This document shows, one piece after another, positions 50,033 to 59,179 of a stretch of 64,000 nt of DNA. A program made the translations under genes and the position numbers. A model generated the notes under the pieces. The model was given only the letters and a program-made list of their open reading frames with translations, was not told where the DNA came from and did not search any database. The stretch is from positions 22,003 through 86,002 of the forward strand of contig CALKKS010000006.1 of NCBI GenBank assembly GCA_937995345.1, in the 5' to 3' direction. How positions within the stretch are numbered: position 1 is the first letter of the stretch; every line of letters begins with the position of its first letter. The DNA is from an uncultured Collinsella sp. GTDB lineage: Bacteria; Actinomycetota; Coriobacteriia; Coriobacteriales; Coriobacteriaceae.

Positions 50033-50752
50033 CTATCGCTTGGAGTTGACGCGGTAGTGGAAGATCTCGGGATGCGTGCGGGCATGCGTGACCTCGAACA
50101 AGATGCCGTCCGAGGTGTACGACTGGCTCTCCATGACGGCAACGCAGTTGTATTTGCCAAGGTCCAAGTAGCTGCAGTCCTCATCGTTGGCAAGCTCGAC
50201 ACTCACCGTACGACGGCTCGCCATCACCTTGACGCCGCGTTTGTGCTCCAGATAGTCGTAAATTGACTTTGCGGCGATCTCGGGCGTCAGACCTTTGGCG
50301 ATCGACTCCAGAAAATAGCCGTGGTCCACCTGGCGAGCGCTACCGTTAAGGCTGCGGACGCGCACTACGCGAATCAGCTCCTCGCCCACCTTAAAGCCCA
50401 GGCGACGAGAGAGTTGCTCAGTGCAAATCAAATGTTCAAAAGACTTGACCTCGGTCGATGCGACGGCATTGTTGCGTTTTGCGAACTCGCCAAACGACTC
50501 AACCTCTTCGAGTGCGCCCAGCATGTCGGTTTCGCCCTTGAGCCAAATAACGCGCACGCCCTTGCCGTGTATAGGCTGCACAAACATCTGGTCGGCCAGC
50601 ATGCTCAAGGCGCGACGGACGGTATTGCGCGTGCAGCCAAACTCTGCGGTCAGCTCGGCTTCGGTTGGCAGCATCTCCTGAAACGCATAGGTCCCGTTAA
50701 TGATGCGCGAGCGTATTTCTCGGTAGATTCCTTCGTATATCGCTTTTGGCAT
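50033..50752 (-). CDS. GntR/HutC-family regulator with a UTRA domain (TreR-like)
   Basis: Contains LPTEAELTAEFGCTRNTVRRALSMLADQMFVQPIHGKGVRV. Confidence 0.85.
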   Translation of the reverse strand: MPKAIYEGIYREIRSRIINGTYAFQEMLPTEAELTAEFGCTRNTVRRALSMLADQMFVQPIHGKGVRVIWLKGETDMLGALEEVESFGEFAKRNNAVASTEVKSFEHLICTEQLSRRLGFKVGEELIRVVRVRSLNGSARQVDHGYFLESIAKGLTPEIAAKSIYDYLEHKRGVKVMASRRTVSVELANDEDCSYLDLGKYNCVAVMESQSYTSDGILFEVTHARTHPEIFHYRVNSKR

Positions 50753-50976
50753 GACTTCACCTCTAATGAATATGTATGGCTAGGCACAATAGCATTTCTT
50801 GGAGTTGTTCAAACCGATTATCGGTAAAGCACGGATTATTTACCGTCGACGGTTCCCCTGAAACCCAAATCGGACCGAATCAAAACCGTCAATGCGGCAA
50901 GCAGCCAGTCCTCTACAATGAGTTCATTGTTTAAACGTTCTTGCTCGCACAGCATGTTGCATCCGGAAGGCATATT

Positions 50977-53430
50977 ATGCTGCAGAAAATCCAACGTTTT
51001 GGCGGGGCCATGTTCGCGCCCGCCATGCTGTTTTCCATATCGGGCCTTATGGTCGGCATCTCCGCTCTCGCAACGACTGTGGACATCGTCGGCGACCTCG
51101 CCACATACGGAACCCCCTGGTACGTATTCTGGGCTATCATCCAACGCGGCTCGTGGACGGTCTTTAAACGCCTTCCGCTCCTTTTTGCCGTAGCGCTGCC
51201 TATTGGCCTTGCCCAAAAGCAACCGGCGCGCTGCTGCCTCGAGGCACTCGTGGCCTATTTTGCCTATTGTTTCTTCTTGAGCGAGATCATTAAGCTGAGC
51301 GGCGACAACCTTGGACTTAAGTACCCGGCGTCTTTGACCCCCGCCAGCGGCATCACCGTCATTGATGGCATCAAGACGCTCGACACCGGCATTATCGGAC
51401 CGCTGGCAGTCTCGACCATCGTCGTTGCGATCCACGACCGCTTCTACGACACCAAGGTTCCCGATTGGCTCGGTACCTTCTCGGGCTCCTCGCTGGTCTA
51501 TCTCATCAGCTTTTTCGCTGTGCTCGTCCTCGCTATTTTCTCAGCTGTTACGGTACCCTACGTATACGATGTAACCGATACACTGCGTCACGCGCTTGCA
51601 GGCGTCGGCCCCTTTGGCGTGGGCATCTTTGTCTTTTTAGAACGTGCACTCGAGCCCTTTGGCCTGCACCACCTGCTTTACATGCCGATCTACTACGACA
51701 ACCTGGTCATAAACGACGGCATCTACGCCACGTGGAGCAGCTTGCTCCCCATCCTCTCCCATAGCACGCGCCCCCTTAATGAGCTTGCGCCGTGGGCCGG
51801 TTTTACCGCCACCGGCTGGGTCAAGCTCTTTGGCCTTCCCGCCATCGCTGCGGCGTTCTACACCACCGCAAAGCCCGAACGCCGCGCCGGTCTCAGGGCC
51901 ATCCTTGTTCCCGCCATCATCGCCTCAGTGGTCTGCGGCGTCACCGAACCGCTCGAGTTTCTCTTTATGTTCACCCACCCCGGGCTCTTTTTGCTCTATG
52001 CCGTCCTCTCGTCTTGCCTCGCCATGACCATGAATTTCTTTGGTATCGTCGGCATCTTCTCGGGCGGTTTCATGGAAATGGCTGCCTTCAACTTTATTCC
52101 GCTCATGCGTACGCATGCCGGGGCTTATCTTTTGGCGCTCGGTATCGGCCTTGCCTTTAGCGTCATCTTCTTTCTGAGCTTTCGAGGCCTTATCCTGGCC
52201 TTAGACCTAAAAACCCCGGGACGCGAGGACCATATTGCCGGCAACACGGCGCTCTCGCGCTTGACGGGAGGCGACGTTGACGAAAGGCATTCATCCAAAA
52301 CCGGGGCTTCCGACGCCCAGGCATCGCAAGACCACCTGCTCGCCGAGCAGGTTGTGGCGCTTCTGGGCGGCGTATCCAACATTGTGGGCGCAACCAACTG
52401 CGCCACGCGCCTGCGCGTCGAGGTCGAAGACCCTTCCATCGTTGCAGATAACGCGTCGTTTGTCGCGGTGGGCGCCAAGGGCCTCATCATTACGGGCAAG
52501 ACCGCCCAGGTGATCATCGGCATCTCCATTCCCCGCGTTAAAGAGCATTTTGACCAGATCATGGGCCTCGAGCCGGGATTTGTGCCCACCACCTCGGCCT
52601 CCCCTGCCGCCAGTCCAACCCACAAGCACGGCGATATCTGCTTCTTCGACATTGACGGCACGCTCGCGTGGCAAGACCCCAGGCTCGCCCAAGACCTTCC
52701 CGAAGACGAGCGGGACCTCTCCCCCTATCCCAACGAGGCGGTTTCGCAGGCAATCCGCGAGTTTGTCGCCAACGGCAACATGGCCTTTATCTGCACGGGA
52801 CGCACCCTGAGCTGCATCCACCCCAAACTTCTTGAGCTGCCGTGGGCAGGAATTGTCTGCTTGGCGGGAGGCTACGTCGAACTCGACGGACGCATTGTGC
52901 GAAATGCAGCCATGAGCCCCGGCTTGCTGCAACGCCTCGCCCCGTATCTTGAGCAATCGGACGAGGTGATTCGCTTTGAAGGTCTCGATCGCGTCGTGCG
53001 CATGAGCGCGGACGCCCCCGATGGCGACGGATATGCCCGTACCGTAGGCGATGCCGCCACAAAGCTCAAGCATTACAGCGCCTACAAGATCCTCATGTCT
53101 ACGAAGCTCGCCAACCGCATCGCCCAGGATAAAGAGATCGAGCCGCTGCTGTGCTTTAACGAGCTCGAACTCGAGGTAACCGAAATCTCGCCCCGCGAGT
53201 GCACCAAGCGAACCGGCATCCAGGCCGTGCTTGGCGCCCTGGGGCCAAGCCACGGCACCGTGTACGGCATCGGCGATGCGAGCAACGACGTCGCCCTTAT
53301 GGAAACGGTCGATGTTGGCATTGCCATGGGCAACGCACCAGACTTCCTTAAGGAGAAGGCGGACTATGTGACCGATTCTATCGATCACGACGGCGTCGTC
53401 ACGGCACTCGAGCACTTCGGGCTTATCTAG
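50977..53430 (+). CDS. PTS glucose/maltose-family EIIC-EIIB fused to a C-terminal Cof-type HAD phosphatase
   Basis: The EIIC part is MLQKIQRFGGAMFAPAMLF.... The EIIB part is LLGGVSNIVGATNCATRLRV, with its Cys codon at 52399. The HAD motifs are FFDIDGTL, FICTGR and GDASNDVALM, from about 52635 onward. It is one continuous frame with no EIIA domain. Confidence 0.8.
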   Translation: MLQKIQRFGGAMFAPAMLFSISGLMVGISALATTVDIVGDLATYGTPWYVFWAIIQRGSWTVFKRLPLLFAVALPIGLAQKQPARCCLEALVAYFAYCFFLSEIIKLSGDNLGLKYPASLTPASGITVIDGIKTLDTGIIGPLAVSTIVVAIHDRFYDTKVPDWLGTFSGSSLVYLISFFAVLVLAIFSAVTVPYVYDVTDTLRHALAGVGPFGVGIFVFLERALEPFGLHHLLYMPIYYDNLVINDGIYATWSSLLPILSHSTRPLNELAPWAGFTATGWVKLFGLPAIAAAFYTTAKPERRAGLRAILVPAIIASVVCGVTEPLEFLFMFTHPGLFLLYAVLSSCLAMTMNFFGIVGIFSGGFMEMAAFNFIPLMRTHAGAYLLALGIGLAFSVIFFLSFRGLILALDLKTPGREDHIAGNTALSRLTGGDVDERHSSKTGASDAQASQDHLLAEQVVALLGGVSNIVGATNCATRLRVEVEDPSIVADNASFVAVGAKGLIITGKTAQVIIGISIPRVKEHFDQIMGLEPGFVPTTSASPAASPTHKHGDICFFDIDGTLAWQDPRLAQDLPEDERDLSPYPNEAVSQAIREFVANGNMAFICTGRTLSCIHPKLLELPWAGIVCLAGGYVELDGRIVRNAAMSPGLLQRLAPYLEQSDEVIRFEGLDRVVRMSADAPDGDGYARTVGDAATKLKHYSAYKILMSTKLANRIAQDKEIEPLLCFNELELEVTEISPRECTKRTGIQAVLGALGPSHGTVYGIGDASNDVALMETVDVGIAMGNAPDFLKEKADYVTDSIDHDGVVTALEHFGLI

Positions 53431-53548
53431 CCGTCGTCTTCCGCCGAGCTTTACGCCTGCGGGTCCAATTGCCTTCGCCCGCCGCGCCAAGCACCCCAAT
53501 GTGGCAATATGTTGTCTGCATATTGCATCAATGCGACCTTCAGAAAGA

Positions 53549-54574
53549 ATGCGAGAGCCTGTGTCCAGTCCGTTTACCAGCTTTTTAGCCCAGCACTTCG
53601 ACCAGATTAACGACTATCTGGCCACGTTCTTTGACGGACAGGCGGCCTCTGCCGACATCGAGCGCTACCTGTACGCACCGCTCTCGGCTTTTACGGCCAA
53701 CGCCGGCAAGCGCCACCGCCCGCTTATCTGCATGCTCGCCGCAACCGCAGTGGGCGGTAGCTTTGAGAGCGCCCGCAGCGCCGCGGCGGCCATCGAACAT
53801 TTCCAGTCGGGTGCGCTGATTCACGACGACATCGCCGACAACGGGCAGCTTCGTCGAGGCAAACCCTGCATGCACCTTACCGAGGGCGCGGGGCTTGCCA
53901 TCAACTGCGGCGACCTGGCACTTACCATGGTCACCAAGACGGTTCTCGACGATCCAACGCTCGAGGCAGGCGTAAAGCTGCGCGTGCTCCACGAGCTCAC
54001 CGAGATGATCGTCCGCACCATCGAGGGTCAGGCGCTCGACTTGGGCTGGGTCCGTGACGCACGCTTCGACATCTCGGTCGACGATTATCTGGACATGGCG
54101 ACGCACAAGACCGCGTTTTACAGCGGAGCCACACCGCTTGCCGCCGGAGCCATCATTGGCGGAGGCAGCGAGGAGCAAATTGAGGCGCTACGCGCCTTTG
54201 GCCTGCACACGGGCCTTGCCTTCCAGATTCAAGATGATCTGCTCAACTTGATCGGTACCAAGGAGGCCGCCAACAAGGACTTCCGCACCGATATCACCGA
54301 GGGTAAGCGCACGCTCGTTGCCGTGCACGCCCTGTCTGATGAGCGCTATCACGACGAGATTGAAGCAATCCTCTCCTCGGGCACCGAGGACCCCGCGCAG
54401 CTCGCGCGCGCCGTGGAAATCTTCCAGGAGACCGGCTCTATCGATTACGCCCACGCCTACGCGCTGGACCTGACCGCCAAAGCCAAGGCCGCCATCGAGG
54501 ACGTTTCGCTCGACCCGCATGCACGCGAACTGTTCCTCTCCATGGCAGATTTCTTTGTGGAGCGCCTTAACTAG
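53549..54574 (+). CDS. polyprenyl diphosphate synthase (trans-IPPS, GGPP/heptaprenyl type)
   Basis: Two Asp-rich motifs, LIHDDIADNG and FQIQDDLLN. The start is uncertain, with ATG at 53531 or 53549. Confidence 0.85.
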   Translation: MREPVSSPFTSFLAQHFDQINDYLATFFDGQAASADIERYLYAPLSAFTANAGKRHRPLICMLAATAVGGSFESARSAAAAIEHFQSGALIHDDIADNGQLRRGKPCMHLTEGAGLAINCGDLALTMVTKTVLDDPTLEAGVKLRVLHELTEMIVRTIEGQALDLGWVRDARFDISVDDYLDMATHKTAFYSGATPLAAGAIIGGGSEEQIEALRAFGLHTGLAFQIQDDLLNLIGTKEAANKDFRTDITEGKRTLVAVHALSDERYHDEIEAILSSGTEDPAQLARAVEIFQETGSIDYAHAYALDLTAKAKAAIEDVSLDPHARELFLSMADFFVERLN

Positions 54575-54712
54575 CGGGGGTTATAAAACCTGTCAGCAGC
54601 GTATTTGGGTACAACTTGCTACACTGTTGAGTGCATGTTTATGCATCCCTTTGCGTTGTCTATCCGGCACACGCTCAAATAGTACGAATGGTACGCCGAA
54701 AGGGGTTCGTTC

Positions 54713-55618
54713 ATGGAACCTATTACAACGGGCATGCAGGGAGCAGCCGTCGAGGACGTCCAGTCCCGCCTTCTGCAGCTCGGCTATACAATCGATGGCA
54801 CCGAGGTTGCCGACAAGCGCTTTGGCACCACCACCGAACAGGCTGTTGGCACCTTTAGGCTCGATAGCGGCCTTGCCGCTGGCTGTGCCGTCGATATCCC
54901 CTGCTGGAGCGCCTTGGTAGACGCCTCGTATAAACTGGGCGACCGCACGCTCTATCTGCGCATGCCCAATTTCCATGGCTCCGATGTGCAGGCCTTGCAG
55001 AAGGCGCTCAACGTTTTGGGCTTTGCCTGCGGCGAGGACGACGGCTACTTTGGCCCGCACACCGAGGCGGCCCTTCAGCAGTTCCAAGAAAACGTCGGTC
55101 TGTTTGCCGACGGTATGGCTTTCCAGGATACCTACGCCTACATCAACCGCCTGCACCACGTGTGGGAGGGTAAACCTTCGGTGACCGAGGCTGAATCGCG
55201 CATCGGCTTTGCCCGCGCGGCCAATGTACTCGAGCGTTTCCAGATTGCCGTCATCGGCGAGGACCCCATCGCGCGCAGCGTAGCATCGCGTATGTGGAAC
55301 ATCGCCACGGCGACGACCGACAACAGCGGTATGATGCTTTGCGACTCCGAGGTTCCGACCGACGTTGACCTGGTGCTCGAGATCGCAAGCGACGAGCTGC
55401 CCGCCGACGCCGCTCCGCGCGCCACGATTGCCCTCGCCGAGTGCCACAACCTGGCCCAGCGCATCCGCACCGCCAATGTCGCCGCACAGCAAAAGCCGGC
55501 ACGCATCCGCATTGAGCTCACCGGCATGACGCGCTACAACGGAACCTTCACCGCAAGCGACGCGCAAACACTCGCCGTACGCCTGCTCGATGGCGTTTGC
55601 GATGCCCTCGCAGATTAG
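54713..55618 (+). CDS. protein with two peptidoglycan-binding (PG_binding_1-like) repeats
   Basis: Contains GAAVEDVQSRLLQLGY...FGTTTEQAVGTF and GSDVQALQKALNVLGF...FGPHTEAALQQFQ. The C-terminal half is unassigned. Confidence 0.6.
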   Translation: MEPITTGMQGAAVEDVQSRLLQLGYTIDGTEVADKRFGTTTEQAVGTFRLDSGLAAGCAVDIPCWSALVDASYKLGDRTLYLRMPNFHGSDVQALQKALNVLGFACGEDDGYFGPHTEAALQQFQENVGLFADGMAFQDTYAYINRLHHVWEGKPSVTEAESRIGFARAANVLERFQIAVIGEDPIARSVASRMWNIATATTDNSGMMLCDSEVPTDVDLVLEIASDELPADAAPRATIALAECHNLAQRIRTANVAAQQKPARIRIELTGMTRYNGTFTASDAQTLAVRLLDGVCDALAD

Positions 55619-55655
55619 GTAAACTAGACGAGTTGCTTTTGTGCAACGCACATAC

Positions 55656-55730
55656 TGGGACGTAGTTCAACGGTAGAACTCCGGTTTTTGGTGCCGGCTG
55701 TTGGGGGTTCGAATCCCTCCGTCCCAGCCA
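55656..55730 (+). tRNA. tRNA-Gln (anticodon UUG), CCA encoded
   Basis: Folded by hand. The acceptor TGGGACG pairs with CGTCCCA and the D stem GTTC with GAAC. The anticodon stem is CCGGT/GCCGG with loop TTTTGGT. The T arm is GGGGG-TTCGAAT-CCCTC. Discriminator G is followed by CCA. Confidence 0.9.
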
Positions 55731-55739
55731 TTAAAACTG

Positions 55740-55771
55740 AGCGCCCTGAGCCCATAACGGCCCAGGGCGCT
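55740..55771 (+). terminator. hairpin terminator after tRNA-Gln
   Basis: The agcgccctg/cagggcgct stem is followed by TTCTTG. Confidence 0.6.
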
Positions 55772-55901
55772 TTCTTGTGGGCAAGCGGAGGAATTCGAAC
55801 CCGCAAGGGTGCGGAGCTGAGGAAACGCGAAGCGTTTGCCAGCGCAGCACGCAAGGAGCGAAGCGACGCAGCGGGCCGCGGCCGCCGAAAAGGCGGACGC
55901 A

Positions 55902-55917
55902 GAATCCCTCCGTCCCA
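55902..55917 (+). repeat. 16-nt direct repeat of the tRNA-Gln 3-prime end (att-like)
   Basis: gaatccctccgtccca is identical to tRNA positions 56-71 (55711-55726). Confidence 0.85.
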
Positions 55918-55927
55918 CATCAGCCAA

Positions 55928-56503
55928 AGTAGATTTTTGGGACATGCCTAGAAATCTACCTATCAGCCCAGCTCCGCATGGCAAAGGAATAGCCCCTTTG
56001 TCACATTCGGTATCGTTCTCAAATCGCCATCAGCATTTTTCGAGTTATGCGGTCACGCTGCCGACCCACCACGCAATGCCACCGAAATAGCTTGATCGCT
56101 CTTGTCATAATCTGAGCGTATTCAAGCCTTCTTGAACAGAAGCTTCACAGAGTCAAACGCAGCAAAGGAATCAGCTGTCCCCGAAACGGCATCTTCGGAC
56201 TGCAAAAGGCCCCAGAATACCGCCTAACTCGATTTTTGCAGGTGAGAAGGAAATGCAATCGATTCATACGCCTAAATCGGCATCCCCCATGCGACATTAG
56301 ATTCCAGGAGGTCATTTCCATGCAGAAATGACCTCAATAACGCCATGTCTCGTTCCAATCTGGGCCTCTTTGAGCAAGCAGAGGAATTCGAATCAGCCAG
56401 ACAACACAACTTCTCGTCCTGCACGAGAAGTTTCAGCCATAACTTCTCGTTCTGCACCAGAAGTTGAAGGTAGGTTTTCAGGCATGTCCCAAAAATCTAC
56501 CTC
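55928..56503. repeat. non-coding segment of about 576 bp bounded by imperfect inverted repeats of about 37 bp (family E)
   Basis: 55928-55964 gtagatttttgggacatgcctagaaatctacct matches the reverse complement of 56467-56503 with a few mismatches. The interior holds tandem hairpins aacttctcg...cgagaagtt at 56408-56432 and 56441-56465. Confidence 0.7.
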
Positions 56504-56634
56504 CAAAAGACAGGTGCCCCAAGCCCATTAGGACCAAGAGCGCCTTACATCTAGAACATATCAGCCTAGTTCCGAAAAGCGAGCCGCCATCAACAAAGCG
56601 CCGTGTGGCCCCGACGGGCCGGGCATTAAGTTTG

Positions 56635-56664
56635 TCGCGAGTTCCGCACGCAAAGAAGGCCACT
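56635..56664 (+). repeat. family A element, truncated copy 4 (left half of the core only)
   Basis: tcgcgagttccgcacgcaaagaaggccact is identical to the copy 1 core up to the inner stem, where the match ends. Confidence 0.8.
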
Positions 56665-56831
56665 AACCTCGATGTTTTGGACGTGACAGCGAGAGGGGTC
56701 CTGGTATGGCAAGGTGACGTGAAACAAGGCGGCGCTGACCTTCTGGTCGCGCCGCCGAAGTTGAACGTCAGATTGCCGTGCCAGGGACCCTCGCAGCGTC
56801 GAGAGGGCCGCCGTTCGGTAGAACGGCGGAA

Positions 56832-59024
56832 CTAATTATTAAGCATACGGTCGAAGCTTCCCGAGTCGCCATCCCGGTAGTCGGCGGTCATCAGAATCTC
56901 CTGCGGAATTCGTCCGCCCTCACGCAGCACGTTGCGGAACTGCACACGCGTAACCACGGGCAGATCCTTAATCGTCGCCGCCAGGTTCTGCGGCACGCCC
57001 TGGTTGGCAGCCGCGGGCTCGCACTCGCCGCCGGCCTTCATGCGACGCTTGTGCTCGGCGAGCATGGCGCGATACATACCGGCATGTAGACGGATCTCGA
57101 CCACATTAGCATTGCGAGCCTGCTCGACAATACGCGCGCCCTCTCGGTCGATGTCACCCACGTAGTAGACGTAGTTAAAGCGGTAGCCGATCTCGGCCAG
57201 ATAATCATCCAGCGCATGAGAGACACTCGCCTTGCACCCACCGCCAAAGATCACGCCGCCCACCTTAGTGCCAAAAAGCTTGGCATGTTTGCGGCCACGC
57301 AGGAGCTTGACGATTTCGTCGTAGGCATCCAGGTTCTCGACCATAATGAACGGCTTGTCGGCGCCCAGCGTAAAGAAGCCCGTAAAGTGCACCGGACGGT
57401 TGGGGGCGACCTTGATCGCCTGCATGCTGATGCCCTTTTCGGTCATACGCCTGATCAGGCGCTCGCCATGCTTGCCGTCAAAAGCTTTTTCGTCATTGAA
57501 GATCTGGTAGGCGCGCTGGCGGCGCGAGGCAACCGGAGTATCGGCACCGCGGTTTTGCTCGATCCAAGCCTGGATAATCGCGATTTCCTCGGCAATTTTG
57601 CGATTGGACATCTCGTTGTGCGGGGCGCGCTGTGGTGCTTTCTTGCCGTCCTTGCCCTCGACCTTAACGATTTGGGTCTGCTGCTCCTTGATCTTGGAGA
57701 GCGCCGTAGGCGTGGGGACAACCTTGAGCAGCTGCCTGCCCAGCACGCGGGCCAGGGCAAATGCCGAGACCTCGCCGTGGACGGTCGGCTCAGACCGCTG
57801 GGCAGCATTATCAGCTGCGGCAGGCTCAGCCTGTGCATGGGGCTTACGCTTGGAATCTGCCCGGGTATTGCGTTCCTGCTTGGGCGCAGACGAGCGTTTT
57901 TGCGGACGATCAGACTTAGTCTCCTTCGCCGGCTGACGCTTGACCTGATCCACCGGAGTCTCGGCCTTCTCATCTCTGTTTTGCGTCGCCGCCTTCTCGG
58001 CCGCGGCCTCGGCATTTGAGCTACGACCGCCGCGGTGACGGCGGCGACGGGGCTTGCTTGAGGCGCTCTCCCCCGCCTGCTTATCAGCGGACTGTTGAGC
58101 CTTGGCCTCGGTGTCAGCCGCAGGCTGCGACTCGGAAGGTCGCTGCTCGCGAGTCGCTGGCTCAACGGTTTTCTCGGTTTGTTCGATCTTCTCGGCCTGA
58201 GCGGTCGGAGCTGGCTCGCCCTTCTCCTGGCGCTTTACGGGATACGCGCGTCCCGCAAACCCACGGCCGGGACGACACGAACCCGGAGCCTTCTTGGCAG
58301 ACTCCTCTACATCGTCTGCAACCTCGAAAGGCTCATCAACCTCATGCGCGACATCCTGCTGCGCAGCCTTAAAGTGAGCACCGCGACGACGCTTGGGCTC
58401 TTGGGCCTCCACGGGCTTTTGATCCTTCGCGGGCTTCTGCGACTCGGCAGCAACCTCGGTCTCAACAGCCTCGGTATCAAGTTCATCCTTTTGAGCAACG
58501 GCGCGACGGAAGCGCTCCTGCTGAGCGCGGCGTTGTGCATCGCGCTTGCCGCCCCCGCCAAAGCCGCCGCGAGCCGCCTTGGCGGTAAAAGCGCGAACGA
58601 CGTTCTCATCGAGCAGCTCATCGGTATCGATATGCTCACGCGGGGCAACTTCTTCCGCAGCAGGCACCTCAACGGAATCCTCGACAGGCTGCTCCTGGGC
58701 ATTATGAATCTCGGCATTGATGGTATAGAACGCAGGGCGGCCGTTAATGCCGCTACCCTCGATCTTGGTCACAATCTTTGCCGCGATAAGCTCATCGCGC
58801 ATCGCCTTGGTGTCGCATTCCTTATCGACGGAGCGGAAGATCTGCGCCAGGGCGCTCGACTTAATCTTGAGTGCCTTGCGGCAGAGCAGGTCGTAGGCAA
58901 CCAGCTTGGCCCGCTCGGCAGAAAGCGAAGTCTGGCCGCTCAGACGCTCAGCCAGGGCATCGACATTGTTTTGGTTATCGGAATATACCGTCTTGGCCAC
59001 GGGGCCCCTTTCATATGTACACAT
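56832..59024 (-). CDS. orphan JetD-C/DUF2220-like Toprim-domain protein with an N-terminal globular domain and about 350 aa of charged low-complexity sequence
   Basis: The C-terminal ~250 aa contain FIMVENLDAYD (Toprim Glu), FGGG and YYVGDIDREGARI (DxD), then HAGMYRAMLAEH. This is the motif order of the JetD C-terminal domain. The middle is K/R/E/A/Q-rich. An alternative start is GTG 59000, after AAAGGGG. Confidence 0.5.
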   Translation of the reverse strand: MCTYERGPVAKTVYSDNQNNVDALAERLSGQTSLSAERAKLVAYDLLCRKALKIKSSALAQIFRSVDKECDTKAMRDELIAAKIVTKIEGSGINGRPAFYTINAEIHNAQEQPVEDSVEVPAAEEVAPREHIDTDELLDENVVRAFTAKAARGGFGGGGKRDAQRRAQQERFRRAVAQKDELDTEAVETEVAAESQKPAKDQKPVEAQEPKRRRGAHFKAAQQDVAHEVDEPFEVADDVEESAKKAPGSCRPGRGFAGRAYPVKRQEKGEPAPTAQAEKIEQTEKTVEPATREQRPSESQPAADTEAKAQQSADKQAGESASSKPRRRRHRGGRSSNAEAAAEKAATQNRDEKAETPVDQVKRQPAKETKSDRPQKRSSAPKQERNTRADSKRKPHAQAEPAAADNAAQRSEPTVHGEVSAFALARVLGRQLLKVVPTPTALSKIKEQQTQIVKVEGKDGKKAPQRAPHNEMSNRKIAEEIAIIQAWIEQNRGADTPVASRRQRAYQIFNDEKAFDGKHGERLIRRMTEKGISMQAIKVAPNRPVHFTGFFTLGADKPFIMVENLDAYDEIVKLLRGRKHAKLFGTKVGGVIFGGGCKASVSHALDDYLAEIGYRFNYVYYVGDIDREGARIVEQARNANVVEIRLHAGMYRAMLAEHKRRMKAGGECEPAAANQGVPQNLAATIKDLPVVTRVQFRNVLREGGRIPQEILMTADYRDGDSGSFDRMLNN

Positions 59025-59101
59025 ATACGTCTATATGGTACAACGCGCGCCCTTGTCCACGCAAAACATCTGCGAGAACACCCCGTCATCACCCGTCTTT
59101 A

Positions 59102-59138
59102 CAAAAAAGACCGAGCCCGCGTTCTGCGGACCCGGTCT
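59102..59138 (-). terminator. rho-independent terminator of cstA
   Basis: On the minus strand the stem agaccgggtccgc/gcgggctcggtct is followed by TTTTTT. Confidence 0.8.
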
Positions 59139-59179
59139 TTCCGAGTCATATGGATGGAACGGTTAGCCCATCAAGCTGA

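Noticed and set aside
50836-51435. 199-aa minus-strand ORF overlapping the start of the PTS EIICB-HAD gene.
   Set aside because: It is antisense to a well-supported EIIC N-terminus, has no motifs and has no RBS.
55781-55815. tRNA-like string gcaagcggaggaattcgaacccgc, with a similar string at 56377-56396, suggesting a second tRNA or pseudo-tRNA.
   Set aside because: I could not fold a T-arm (gagga and cccgc are not complementary) or an acceptor stem on either strand. I treat it as repeat debris.
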